DNA of 64,000 nt from Eledone cirrhosa (GCA_964016885.1 OZ024740.1:391964001-392028000), one strand, 5' to 3'. Counted from the stretch's first letter, positions 42,704-56,350 are shown. Notes: generated from the sequence alone by a model not told the origin. Translations and numbers: made by a program.

Positions 42704-42830
42704 ATTGTCTTCAAATTCTTGATATGAGGGAGAAAATTAGCAATGTTCACTCACAGAATTTATTCCCTCATAAACTCTGTGAGTGAACATTGCTAATTTT
42801 CTCCCTCATATCAAGAATTTGAAGGCAATT

Positions 42831-42917
42831 CATTTTCACCTGATAAGATCAGTGATAATTGATCATGGCTTCACGATCGATCTATCTCTTATTGAAACAT
42901 GTGTCGTGATTAAAATG
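42831..42917 (+). ncRNA. Hammerhead motif with core mutation (CUGAUAA, G8 to A), probably inactive
   Basis: Mirror of 42616-42703; core at 42840-46 reads ctgataa. Confidence 0.6.
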
Positions 42918-43083
42918 ATTGGAAATTTTACCTTGCCTTCGGATTTTCATTTTGATACTAATACTCCGTTTTACATCATCTAGCTGTTCCCTTGAATGGA
43001 ATTTGAGATATACTAAAGCGTGGAGAACTTAATATTGCTAACATAAAGTTATTGGACCGTTTTACACAACCAATAATACACCT

Positions 43084-43171
<88 letters not shown>

Positions 43172-43417
43172 GTTGTTATATATCTGTTTCTGGGAAGCCC
43201 AGCTTCTCAATATTTATACTGAGGCAGTTACTAACATATCCCAGTGCCTCAATAATCACAGGTATAAATGAGTATGTTTGTATGTATGTATGTGTATGCA
43301 TGTTTTAGGAACTGGATATGTGAGACAGACATATACGTAGAATGTTAACCAACAAATTCATGATGTAATTTTTTTCCTGTGAAGCGAGAGAATCCTAGTC
43401 TTCATTAAGACATCTCT

Positions 43418-43692
43418 CTAGGAGAAGGTCATTCTGATATAAAACCTGAGACTTCGTTTGCATCCAATGATGTAGACGAGTTCTTCTTTTGGGGGCAATT
43501 GCATTCGATGTTCAGAGAGTACTTAAAAAGCTTCAAGCACAGGCATCGCTTGATAAGTAACATTTATTGCGATGCATGGCATTGCTGGCCATAGGCAAGT
43601 CTCTAGCAGGACTAAAAATCATGTCCGTGATGCTCATGCTTAAGTATCAAGGGATGGCATTACTCGAAATCGAGTTGCAGCCATCATCATCA
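43418..43692 (+). mobile_element. Older, partial RTE-derived non-autonomous element
   Basis: ctaggagaagg..ctgatataaaacctg, aaaagcttca..gcacaggcat, KSLAGLK remnant and 3' end ggcattactcgaaatcgagttgcagccatc plus (TGTA) tail. Confidence 0.65.
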
Positions 43693-43728
43693 TGTATGTA
43701 TGGATGTATGTATGTATGTATGTATGTC

Positions 43729-44340
43729 AGGTCACCAGTTGGTGCTACTGGTAACATGTATCCCGGTACAACCTGTCCCATGGTCGGGTCGTTGGCGACT
43801 AAACTGGCAACCCCACCAAGGTTTCTTTGTGAGGAGGGTGACTTTGGACATCCTGCAGGACTAAAAACAAAACCTGTCAAAATCTGTCAAAGAGCAAAGA
43901 GCTCTTAAGAGTCAATGGCCATCCAAAATCACCGGGAGAGATGACCCCTTAGCCTTTGTCAAGGCAGAATTCTAGGAGAAGATAAACTCTGATATAACAC
44001 CTGCAACCCTGATGGTATCCAATGATGTTGACTTGTTCTTCTTTTTGGTAAATATCATCTTGGTTAAGAGAGTGAGACTGGCTTTGTGCAGTGCCTTTGC
44101 TCACTATAAAAGCTTCACGGCACAGGCATTGCTTTATATCTGGAGATCTCTGCACTTGTCGTACATGGTACCATGGTCCCAGTACTATGTGTCAATAATT
44201 GTCACAAGTGTAGTGTTTGTACCAGTGTTTTCAAGTCGCTGGCTGGACTAAAAAGTCACACTCGTTCAGCGCATCGGTAAGGGTGCTCCTACATGGATAT
44301 ACAGTAGTGGCCGTACTCGAAAACGAGTTGGCAGCCACCA
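43729..44340 (+). mobile_element. Bipartite non-autonomous RTE derivative (5' UTR joined to last zinc finger and 3' end)
   Basis: 5' part is homologous to 54515-54800(-). 44203-44280 encodes HKCSVCTSVFKSLAGLKSHTRSAHR*. 3' hairpin ctcgaaaacgag and (TGTA)n tail. Second copy at 63453-64000. Confidence 0.8.
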
Positions 44341-45131
44341 TGTATGTATGTATGTATGTATCTATGTATGTATGTATGTATGTATGTATGTATGTATGTA
44401 TGTATGTATGTATGTATGTATGTATGTATATGTATGTATGTACGAATGTATGTAATTATTTATGCATGTTTAAAAAGCTGGATATGTTTTGCTTCAGACA
44501 TAAACGAAGAATGTTAACAAAGAAATTCATGATGTAATTACTATTTGCGATAAACTTGTATTTTGATAAAAGAACTTAATACTTAACATTCCACCACTAT
44601 TGTACATTGTAAAGAATAAAATAGTCTTACAACATTCTATGTGTGGCTGGCTGGTTATCAATGTCTAAAATGATTGATGACCATAAATCATAACTTACGT
44701 GTGCCGTAATATATCTTACACGAAATATTAATTCTCTTAGCTTTGCAGTTACATTAGAACTGGCATTACTGAATAAAACGTTACCATAACAATTTGCCTC
44801 TGTAATGTAAAATACACACATTAAATATACATTTATGTAAAGATAGATAAATCGTCGTATAAATGTGTGTACATATATGTGTTTGTTATTATGTATAGAT
44901 GGCTTGCTGGTTGGATGGATGGTTAAATGGATTGGTGGCTTCTATATTACATTTCATTACACATCCAATTAATATTGTTAAATAAACACTGGATAGTGTA
45001 GGTGTCATGAATGATAATTGCCACTACAAACAATTATTTGATATTTTAAATATTAAGTACTATAACACATTGAGGCGTAGTCTTTAAGTCTTTTCTTTCT
45101 CTCTCTCTCTCACCCTCTCTCTCTCTCTCTG

Positions 45132-45170
<39 letters not shown>

Positions 45171-45773
45171 GGGGGGGCAATTCGATTGGTATCTGCTATA
45201 TTGCGGCTACAACTATTATATATATATACTCCAACATGGCAAATTTCTGGTGATTAAAACCAGAAAAATAACAGAATATACAGTATATAAATGAATGTGC
45301 AAAATTGAAAGAAGACAATTATTGTTTATTTAATAGATTGTTTTATCCATTCGTTACCATTGGGTTTGCAAATTTCTTTTCTGCCAAACCAATGGCAATG
45401 CAAGGATATGTCAAATTGTTAGTACATGCATATACATATATATATGTGTATAAAAAGCTATCGTCGTCATCGTTGTTTGAACTCCACCCGAGACGATATG
45501 TGCGTGTATGTGTGTGTGCGTGTGCGCGTGTGTGTGTGTATGTGTGTGTGTGTGTGTGTGCATACGTGTGTATCTCCATACACAGACACATGTATATATT
45601 CATACGTACATGCTTAGATGTAATCCTACATATATATGTATGTATATATAAATATATATGCAATAGGGTAGATACCAGTCGAATTATTTGAGACGGTCCC
45701 TAAGCACTCATTAATGCGGGAAATGAATTAATTTTTCCATCAGAGTGAACACATTAAGTTATTATGATGGAAA

Positions 45774-45848
<75 letters not shown>

Positions 45849-48240
45849 TGGTCACAATACAATAGCATTGCTTTGAGTTTTGATAGGTTGTCGTTAACCG
45901 TACATTTTACGCAGCACTGTTACTAGAGAAACGTGGTCTCCAGTGATGTTAGACGTGCATGATGAATACTTTCGGAGTATCAATCCCGTTAACATCAATT
46001 AACTTGAAATCTTTATTTCTAACTGCGTTGGGTTGGCTAAGTATGCTATGTGGTACATTCATCTCAGGTAGACAGAATATATAATACTTTCTATAGATAG
46101 TGGCTCTTTCTTCTCTGTCCAGTTTTCCTCTTTGAAAACTGTGCAGATCTATTCTGATGTAATCTTACTGTAACGTGTTCGGAGTTGTCACTGTACTGGC
46201 AAAAATACTCAATTGGATCTTATTTTTAATTCATTTTAATTTATTTAAATTAAGAAAGTTTTATCTTCTGCTTTACTTGACCAGAATAAATTATTGAGTC
46301 TCCTCAGTATGGGTGTAATTTTAATTATCTAAAATCTCTTGGCAAACTAAAAAAACAATTCATAATTGTTTTACAGGCAGGATGCGTATCTGGGTATTTT
46401 CCCAGTCAAACTAAAGAATCCTATATTCACAAAAGAATCCTAGATACATCCCTAGCCGTGCTTTTTTAACTATGCTTTTCTGAAAATGCGTAATTAGACA
46501 GAAATGTTTCTAGAGTTGTCAACATACTACCAACGATCAGACTCACTACCCACTGCATTCTCTTCTGATTAAGATTGCTTCTTCTCACTATGAGTATACT
46601 TTTAATTATTAAATATTTCTTAGCTCATTACACTATGTTAGCACCCACTTTATTCATTAAATTCTTCTACACCAGCTTGTTACCTCTGGTTGCACCTAGA
46701 ACTTCTTTTTCATATGCAACTTACAATTCAACAAAGCTCAGTACGATGTTTAATTAACTTCTTTCTCTTGATAAAACAATTACTTTACACTTTGATGTCA
46801 CTTGCCTACACCATTTTATCCTGACAATCTGTCTGTCTTATTTAGTTTATTGTTGCATCACATTTTTTTCTGCTGATGTTAGAGGCATAAACAGAATGCT
46901 CGTTAATGTTTGATGCAGCATGTTTTCATTGGTGTCGATCATATCAAAAAGCAGAAACCGATCAAGTATTGGGCCTTGTTGAACTGATGCAATTTTTAGG
47001 TATTCTCGTTGTTAGACTCTGCCAAAAGTATTTCCTATGTAATTATTCCATGTCTGGGGAAAAAAGTAAGATCTAATGTGCTATGGTTTTGTCGGAAGGC
47101 TACTAACGTTAAGTTCGTTTTCCAGCAGATAACAGTTATTTATGGAACACGGGGTAAATTAGTTGTTGCTCAATAATGAGGTAATATAAACAAAGCTAAC
47201 GGCTGGATTCTTCCTAACAGAATGCCTTTAGGACTTTTGCTGAAATTCAATCAAACTGGTATTATTGCCCTGTTTAAATAACCACTTCCTTCATTTTTGT
47301 ATTTCTTGCATTAAGCGTACAGCGTGGCACCAGAAGACTATCTGATTATTCGTGGTTGTTCACCTTTAATTAGCGCATTATATTTCTTTACAACGACCGG
47401 TGCAATTTTGAATGGAAGAAGGCACGCTTGTCTGTGTGCATTGTATTTAGATCAGGAAGAAGATCTCTGTATTTAGAATAGTAGATGTTAGCATTGTTCC
47501 TCTCTTCACTTTAACCATGTGTCCATGTGCCGTTTATACCTCAGCAGCAGATGCCGGTACCTATCTGCTTATTGACACTGAGTCGAAATTTTCAGATATT
47601 TTTTATAGCAATAGCATTCATTTGTGAAGAGAATGATCTTATTTTTCTCGATGGGCTGGGTGATTTGGGTTAGTTCAAGTAAATTTGAGGATAGTAGATG
47701 AAATTGAGTATGTTTCCTTGGTGATTGTATTAGTAATGTCTTAACCTACTGCTGCTGAGTGTTTAGAACAACATATTTATCAGTGTTTCGGTAGTATCGG
47801 AATTCAGTTAGATATAAGCCTATTATTACTGCTGCAGCTGTCGCACACCTGAAATGGTGTTAGATTGATCACTGATAAAGACGAATATGATATCTAATTT
47901 CTCCTCGAGTTTATGTTCGACGTGACAGGAACTTGAGATTTCATTAATTTTGTTTTCAATCTATCACACTGTCCATTTACAAGCGAGTGAAGTAAATTTT
48001 ACAATACTTTTATAGTAGATATATATAAGCATCTGCTTCATCATCTCTTTAAAATTTGTAAGAATATTGACTTCGAATTCTGCTTGGTTACAATTGCTAC
48101 AAGCTTGGGATATATTGCGAGAAAAATTTGCAATATAGTAAACGATCATGCTGGAAGTGTATACTTAATTAGTAGGTTTTAATGTTATATAACTGTTCAA
48201 GGAGAATCTGTTTTACAAGATGTATTATCGTTGTAATTAG

Positions 48241-48462
48241 AGCGGTGGGTTGTGAGTATCAGTAGAGCGTCGGAGACTATGCTTCACGACATAGAGTTAT
48301 GTCCCTTTGCATTCTGAGTTCAAATCCCGCCGAGGTTAGCTTTGCTTTTCATCTTTACGGGGTCGATAAAATAAAGCACCAGTAACGTACTGGAGTGGAT
48401 TTAATTGACTCTCCCCTCCTCCAGAATTGTTGACCTTGTGCCTAAATCAGAAACCATTATAT
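48241..48462 (+). mobile_element. OK-like tRNA-derived SINE
   Basis: attctgagttcaaatcccgccgaggttagctttgcttttcatctttacggggtcgataaaataaag, matching the other copies. Confidence 0.85.
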
Positions 48463-49172
48463 GTAAATGAGCCTTCGTCAAGAATAGTTTGTTTACAAAC
48501 TCTATAAAACTATATTATCATTCATACCTCGGCATCTGGCTTAATATACGCTTGCTTCCTGAATCACACTACGTTAGCGTTATCGGTAAATAATACATTT
48601 TCGTAATGCCACTAATGCCACTTAATCCCCCCCCCCCCAAAAAAAAAGAGAGAGAATTTGCAGTTTTCTAATCTCATATGGTAGTAATCCATTTAAAAAC
48701 CTCAGTATTCCATTAAGACGTCTCTTAAATCCATTTCCTGCAGAATTAAGTGTGTGATTGGTATTTGTCTATCTTGATCGCAAGTAACTTCCCCACAAGT
48801 GTCATTGAACTCAATGATACAAGCATTGGTTAAATAGTGCTGGTACCAATTACAGCGGGAAACGACTCCACGGTATGGTAGCTAGCGATGAATAGATAAG
48901 ACTAAGAGTTTTGGCAATTAACACAGTATACAAATTCAGAACCCTTAGCCGGTTGTCAATCACCCTGTCGTAAAAAATTACAGGCATCTTTTATTCACAG
49001 GATAGTGTCTATATGTTTTATGCTCTCTCGTGTTGCTTCCTAACACTTCTCACTCTCACCATCTATCTCGCTAGTAATTTCTCTCTCTCTCTTTCTCTCT
49101 CTCAATATATATATAAAAATATATACGGATTTCCTATCTATCTTCCTTCTATCTATTTATTTTTAACTCCAC

Positions 49173-49287
<115 letters not shown>

Positions 49288-50185
49288 TTTTATCTCATTA
49301 TCGCTTACTTTTTTACTATTACCTTCATTTTCTATCTCTGCTTATATCTGTATAAATATATATCCGATTATTTTATTGTCCATTACTCTTACAATATATC
49401 TAACCATTTATATATGTGTCTTTTTTTATCTCTATGAGTTTGTTTATCCCCCTAGCTACATATCAACTTATCGCTCAATCTATCTATCCAATTATCTATC
49501 CATCGACTCTCTAAATTATACATCTTTACTCTGCTGGTCTATTTAACTTGCTAGCTGACTGCATCCCTCTGTTTCTCTTCCACTTTCTCTATTTCATTCT
49601 CTTTCGTTAGCTCAGCTTCTATTAATTTACTTCCTACACACTTCAACATTCTTCTCCGGTGTTCTAAACACCTCTCTCTTTAATATAATGTTAAGACTTC
49701 TTCGTAAATATTTGTTTCCTTTCAAATCTAACAAATACTATAAGCAGTGTCGAATTGGAAAATAAGCCCACCATTAGAAAAGTGGAATACGTCAATGTAT
49801 TAGGAAATCGTATGGTGTAATATCTGTCTGGTTACTTATCGATATAATGGAATATTTTATTGTACATTCACTTACACACAAATACGCATAGATAGATAAA
49901 TGAATAGATAGATAGATAGATAAGAACACATACTCAGACACAGTTACTACATATAAAATACAGTTGCATATATACAGACATACATACATACATATACATA
50001 CATACATACATACATACATACATACATACATACATACATACATACATACATACATACATACATACATACATACATGATGGCTGCCCCCTCGTTATCGAGT
50101 ATGGCCATTGCACGAGGAGAAAGAAAAAAAAATAATAATAATAATAATTTTAAAAAAGAATATATATATATATACATATACATAC

Positions 50186-50218
<33 letters not shown>

Positions 50219-50256
50219 TACTCACACACACATATACACACACATACATTAATAAC

Positions 50257-50309
<53 letters not shown>

Positions 50310-50418
50310 CAATAATAATAACGACAACAACAATAATAATATACATATACATATATATATACACACACACGCACACACACAAGCATATCTACACACACAC
50401 ACACACACACGATAGCAA

Positions 50419-53400
50419 CTAACAGCGCTGCGATCGAATGTGGCTTTTTAGCCCAGCCAATGATCTAAAATGTCTTGCACAGAGTCGGCAACCAAAACAT
50501 TCACTGGGAATAGTCGGCTGTGGTTGGAGTTCGTGTACTTTTGCATGTCGCTTGAGCCCTCCTGCTGATTTACATTCTCTACCACATGTTTGGCAAGCAT
50601 GATGAGTAGCATCTCCAACAGCAGCCCGGTAGTCAACCACTGGTCTTACTTTATGACTGCGAAGATGACTTTCGAGTCCAGCTTTGCTTAGGCAGAGTGT
50701 CGCACATACGCTGCATGTCAGCACCATAGGAGGGCCCTCGCCGTCTGGAAGTGCAACAGCAATGCTCTTCTTCACATCCCGCTTTACTTTCTCGTATGCG
50801 ATTCGAGATGCCTCAAAGGCAACTTTTCCCTCATATACAGTCTTTCTCCATTTATTACGATCAGCAGCAATATTCTCCCATGTATCAGCAGAGATATTAG
50901 CGTCTTTCAGAGAGGCTTTCAAGGAATCCTTATACCTCTTTTTTGGTTTATGTGGCGGTCGTTTTCCTTTAACCAACTCTCCATAAAAGAGTTGTTTTGG
51001 TATTCTAGAATCCTTCATCCTGGCAAGGTGACCACTCCAACGGAGTCGTTGCTTAAGCACAAGAGCTTCTATACTGTCACACATAGAGCTTTCCAAAATC
51101 TCGACATCACTGATGTGGTCCCTCCAGTGAACGCCATGGATCCGTCTGAGACACCACTGATGGAAACGCTCCAATTGCTTAAGGTGGTGTCGATATGTAA
51201 CCCAGGTCTCGCAGGCATAAAGAAGACAAGAGAGCACACATGCCCTGTACACCTTTACCTTTGTCCTCCTGCATATGTCTCGCCGACCCCAGAGTCGCCT
51301 TTCTAGCTTTCCGAAAGCATCACTTGCTTTCCTAATCCTAAGTGAGATTTCACTGTCAAGGTTGCTGTATCGATTGACACTGCTTCCCAGGTAGACAAAC
51401 TGATCAACCACTCCAAGTCGTTTGCCATACACATAGATGTTTGGTTCAGTGTACTGCTTACCAGGGGCAGGTTGGTACATGACGACGGTTTTCTTGAGAC
51501 TGACAGTCAGACCTAGGGCAGTGCAAGCGTCAGAAAATGCATTCAAAATGTGCTGCATATCACTCTCTGTGTGCGCTACAAGATCGCAATCATCTGCATA
51601 CAAGAGGTCTCTTATGATTGATGTAAATACTTTTGTCTTCGCAGCAAAGCGCCTGATGTTAAATATGCTGCCTGGGGTTCGATATCGGATGTAAACACCA
51701 TGCTCGCAATTCCCGAATGCAATACAGAAAACCATTGCAAAGTATATGGCAAACAGGGTCGGTGGTGGAATATCCCCCTGTTTCACTCCATTTTTTACTG
51801 AGATAGGCTCCGACATGTTACCCCCGACATTAACCCAAGCCTTCATGTCGTCATGGAAAGACCTAACTAAAGCAAGGAACTTATCAGGGCAACCAAGTTT
51901 CTGGAGAACCTTCCATAATGCATCTCTGTTAACAGTATCGAAAGCTTTTGTCAGATCGACAAAAACCTGATACAGATCCAAGCCTTGTTCCATGCACTTC
52001 TCCTGGAGCTGTCTAGCTGAGAAGATCATATCAGTAGTGCCGCGTCCAGCACGAAAACCAGATTGACTTTCAGGAAGAACACAATCTGCAATGTGTGTCA
52101 GCAGACAGTCCAGAAGCACCCTACATAAAACTTTCCCTACGACAGAAAGCAATGATATACCTCTGTAGTTCCCACAATCGTTCCTGTTACCCTTTCCCTT
52201 GTACAAAACCACCATTACTGCATCTCTCCAGTCCTCAGGTACGGATTCATTAGCCCATATCCTGCCAAACAAAGAGTGAAGATGTTGCAGGAGTCTCTCA
52301 CCACCATTTTGTAGGAGCTCAGCATGTATGCCATCCATACCTGGAGATCTTCCACTGTTCAGCTTCGAAATAGCCACTGCAACCTCCACAGGCGTCGGAG
52401 GTTCTGCGAGAGCTACTTTCACAGGACTTTCTGGAATGAGATTGAGGAAATCTTCACTGACGACAGACGGCTGATTCAAAAGATCATCAAAGTGCTCTCG
52501 CCACCTTCGTAGAATTCCTTGTGAGTCACGAAGAAGTTATTTGCCATCCTTGCTGCGAAGCGGTGTCACCAGAGAAGAAGACGGTCCATAAACCTCACGC
52601 AAGAGACTGTACAACAGCTTTGTGTTATTGGAATCAGACGCAGTTTGTATCTCACCAACCTTCTCACTCCACCACTGATCCTTCATCTGAGAAAGACTCC
52701 ACCTAACACGTGATTTTACATCCCTGAGTTCCTCATGCAACGTACTCCTCTCCTGTGGTTTTGCCGTCAAGTAGCGTGACAGAGCACGCCTCTTATCAGC
52801 CAACAAGTCTTCTATATGTACATCATTCTCATTAAACCAGTCCTGATGTTTCCTCTGCGCCAATCCCAGAACACGCCTGCCTACATCATAAACCGACTTT
52901 TTAAGGGTCGGCCAATCCTCACCAAGATCTGCAGCCTGCATCTCTTCTTCCAATGTCCTCTTCACATTTTTATCCTTAAGACGAGCAGCATTCAATCTTT
53001 TGGGCAGGGCACACCAGGAGCCCGGATTTTACGTTTAGTGATTAGTTTCACTTTTGCGCGTACCAGGCGGTGGTCAGTCCAGCACTCAGCTCCACGAAGA
53101 ACACGAACACACTGCACATCCTGTCTGTCACGCATCCTGACTAGGACGTAGTCCAAAAGATGCCATTCCTTAGATGCAGGATGCATCCATGTGGTCTTGA
53201 ATTTGTTCTTTTGTTGGAACATGGTGTTGGTAACACACAGATCCAGCTCCTCACACATCTGCAGCAGGAGCATACCATTGCTGTTACACTTTCCCACCCC
53301 ATGCCTTCCGATTACATTCCATGTGTTAAAATCCCTACCCACTCTAGCATTAAAGTCACCAAGCACGATGACTTTGTCTGCATGAGGGATGTTTCTTAAA

Positions 53401-53921
53401 ACACCTTTCAAGGCATGGTAAAAGTACACCTTTTCCTCATCGACAGAACTCATAGTTGGAGCATACACACTCACCAGGGTAGCATATCTTCCCTTGTCCA
53501 GCGGAACTCTCATGGACATAAGACGCTCACTAATCCCTACTGGGAATTCTTCTAATTTGTTCACAAGTACAGTCTTAACAGCAAATCCTACCTCAGCCTC
53601 TCTTCTGGTTCCTTCATCTCTTCCTTTCCAGAAGAATGTATATTCTCCACAAAATTCCGTAAGATGACCATCTCCAGCTAACCTCGTCTCAGATAAAGCC
53701 ACGATGTCAAGATCGTAACGTCGAAGCTCCTTTGCAACAAGAGCGGTCCGTACGTTCCAGCAGCCAAGACTAAATGCCTTGTTTGGCTCTATTACAATGG
53801 CACGATGACGAGCGGGCCCAGGCTGTGATAACCTGGGGCCCCTGCCCTTATTGCCAATGATCTTTTTTGTTCCAGAACCTAAATTGCCAATTATCTCTTT
53901 TATATTGTTCTGGAACATCAT
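50419..53921 (-). pseudogene. RTE ORF (AP endonuclease, reverse transcriptase, three C2H2 fingers) with one frameshift and one premature stop
   Basis: EN motifs GCWNVRT, LSETR, YAPT, GDFNARVG, LDY, TDH. RT motifs YRGISLL, QSGFR, FVDLTKAFD, VKQG, LLYADD, FVYLGS. Frameshift near 52995; in-frame TAA at 52537-39, after which the frame reads LLRDSQGILRRWREHFDDLLNQPS. Confidence 0.93.
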
Positions 53922-53929
53922 TGAATTGG

Positions 53930-53961
<32 letters not shown>

Positions 53962-53987
53962 TAATAATAGTAATAATAATAATAATA

Positions 53988-54460
53988 AAGGCGGTGATGG
54001 AGAACAATCAGGTGAAGGTGCTGTGGGATTTTAGGATACAGACGGACAAAAAACTGGAACACAATAGACCTGACCTGGTGGTTGTGGACAAAGAAAAAAG
54101 ATCGTGCCTGATTGTGGATGTGGCCTGCCCGTTCGACACGAGAGTGCAAGAGAAGGAGAGGGAGAAAATTAACCGATACCAGGACCTAAAGTGGGAGGTG
54201 AAAAGGATTTGGAACTGCCATGAAGTCAAAGTGATCCCGATTGTCATAGGCGCACTGGGGACTATCTCCAAAAGTTTCCAGGGATGGTTAAAGAAAATCG
54301 GCCCCTTCACGTTTTTTGGAACGCTTCAAAAGGCATGCTTGCTTGGAACAGCAAGAACCCTCCGATACGTCCTGAATATCTGAGGCTGCAGGTAGTGGCT
54401 TGATATTCAATCCAACGGACTTTCCAGTTAACCAACATCAATGACTGAGATTCAAGGAAT
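53988..54460 (+). mobile_element. 5'-truncated R4/Dong-clade non-LTR element (restriction-like endonuclease end) within (TAA)n
   Basis: ORF 53994-54383: LWDFRIQTD..HNRPD..IVDVACP..K..Y..L..IPIVIGALG..LQKACLLGTA; (TAA)n on both flanks. Confidence 0.88.
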
Positions 54461-54920
54461 AACAATAACAATAATAATAATAATAATAATAATACTAGTA
54501 CACTATTAATGATTATTAATGCACTCGTGCAATGCCTGTGCGTGACGAATATTTTTAAAGTGAGGAAAGACTGTGCACTGAGCCAATCCCACTCTCTGAG
54601 CGACAGTAGCTATAACTCGAAAAGAAGAAAAGATCAACATCATCGGTAACTACTGAGCCGCAGGTTTTATGTCGGAGTTAACCCAGTTTCCTGAGATACC
54701 TTCTCCTAGAAGAATGCCCTGACAAGGGCTAGGGGTTCTTCACTCCCAGTGGTTTAACTGCGCGATCGGGCATCCAGCCCGATTATTTCTATGTCCCCGC
54801 GCAAAAAAAAAAAAAAAAAAAAAAATCACTTATTGACACTTATAAGTACGACATACACACACGCGCACACAGCAACACTCATACATACAAACAAACACAC
54901 ACACGCTACTCTACTCACTT

Positions 54921-54960
<40 letters not shown>

Positions 54961-55156
54961 TACCGTCATTACTGATACAAGATTACAAGATTATGTCAAC
55001 TGTTGACTTTCAAGAGTTTGTATAGTTGAAGCCGATCGTACTACAGTCCAGTATTATTATAATTGCTTTACAGCATAGAGTTATGGCTCTCCACGCTCTG
55101 AGCTTAAATCCCGCCTATACATACATACATACATACATACATACATACATACATAC

Positions 55157-56350
55157 ATGGATGTTAGAACTCGTAAACTTCTCAGTGTTACTGGGAACTT
55201 TAACATCAATGGTGATGTGGATAGGCTATACTTCTCACGCAAGGAAGGTGGCCGGGGTCTAAAATCAATATTAACAACATATGAGACCCGGATAGTAACA
55301 CTGAAGCAACACCTTCAACAGAGGAAAAAGGTTGGCGACCATCTTGCTCAGGTTTATGAGCATGAAAAAAGAAATATCATTAGAATAGCGACTGATCTGG
55401 AGGAGAGATATGGAATAAAGCCTGATATAAATCTCTCACCCAGAGAAATCGGAAGATCCTATTCAATGTTCAAACAAGAAAAAAAAATTGACCAATTTAC
55501 AGAGAAAGTTGTGCATGGATACTTGAGGCGTAAAACACAGACCATAGAGGGGATAAACCACTCAAAAAGCCTGGCATGGAGTTCCGACAAGTTTATGACA
55601 TCACACCTTGAGGGATATCTCTATGCAATACAGGAACAAGAACTCCCTACCAAATATCTGCTGCACAAAAGAGGAGGGCCAGCAGCTGACAATAAATGTA
55701 GGCTATGTAAAACAAAGATCGAGGATGTAAGCCACATTGTTGCCAGCTGCGAAAGAATGTCATCTCGCTACTACCTCCCCATGAGACACGATGGGATAGC
55801 TAGAACTATCTGGAACGCACTTCGGAAAACAAAATTAACAACAAACGAGGAAGAATATATTGAGACAGATGGCACTAAGGAATACTGGTGGAACCTGAAA
55901 ATAAAAACTGCCACCAAATTAAAGCACAACCGGCCTGATATTGTAGTTTGGGACCACACATTGAAAACGTGTTCTGTTGTGGAGATCAGCTGCCCACTTG
56001 ATGTAAACGTTGTCAGAAAAATACAGGAGAAGGAGGACATCTACGGACCATTGATGAGGAGCTTACAAATCCAGTATCCAAGATACACCTTTAGCTTCAT
56101 ACCCATCATTATTGGTGCTACGGGTTATATACCAACCCGCTTGGACCAAAGTATGACCGAACTTGGATTTGCGGACAAAAAGCGCAGCTCCCTAATTCAT
56201 AGTCTACAAATGGCTGCGATAGCTGGCACCTTCAAAATATGCAAAACATTCTTGCGATTCAAGGGATGACAATTTCTTTTCTTTTACAACCTTGCCACCA
56301 GGAAGGTGGCCGGTCAAAAAAATATACTCGAAATTAAGAGAAAGAGAAAA
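55157..56350 (+). mobile_element. 5'-truncated R4/Dong-clade non-LTR element within (TACA)n; uninterrupted 370-codon ORF tail
   Basis: DVDRLY..RKEGGRGL, AIQEQ, CRLC-x8-H-x4-C knuckle, RHD, HNRPD..VEISCP..K..Y, IIIGATG. (CATA)n at 55117-55156 and 56351-56380. Confidence 0.9.

Larger units (their letters stand above)
42576..42957. repeat. 382-bp fold-back palindrome (188-bp arms, 6-nt loop) carrying two opposed hammerheads
   Basis: 42576-42763 is the reverse complement of 42770-42957 with a few mismatches. This explains the twin ORFs MNIANFLPHIKNLK... Confidence 0.95.
50074..54800 (-). mobile_element. Near full-length RTE-clade LINE, interrupted by microsatellites and an R4/Dong fragment
   Basis: Putative 5' UTR 54800-54515, single APE-RT-ZnF ORF 53921-50419, and 3' end ggccatactcgataacgagggggcagccatca (50105-50075) followed by a (TGTA)n tail. 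Confidence 0.88.

Noticed and set aside
42496-42983. Twin divergent ORFs MNIANFLPHIKNLK
   Set aside because: A consequence of the palindrome; GTG starts and no recognisable domain.
43750-43800. Twister ribozyme (UAAC..CCUG-UCCCAUGGU-CGGG)
   Set aside because: Lacks the conserved downstream GAG and the T1 partner; the second copy alters the loop.
45850-48230. Microsatellite-free 2.4-kb stretch as exon or old LINE
   Set aside because: No long ORF or recognisable motif found by eye; would need BLASTx to classify.
53922-54149. N-terminal extension of ORF 52992-54149
   Set aside because: Antisense read-through of the Dong fragment, (TAA)n and poly-A; not part of the RTE protein.
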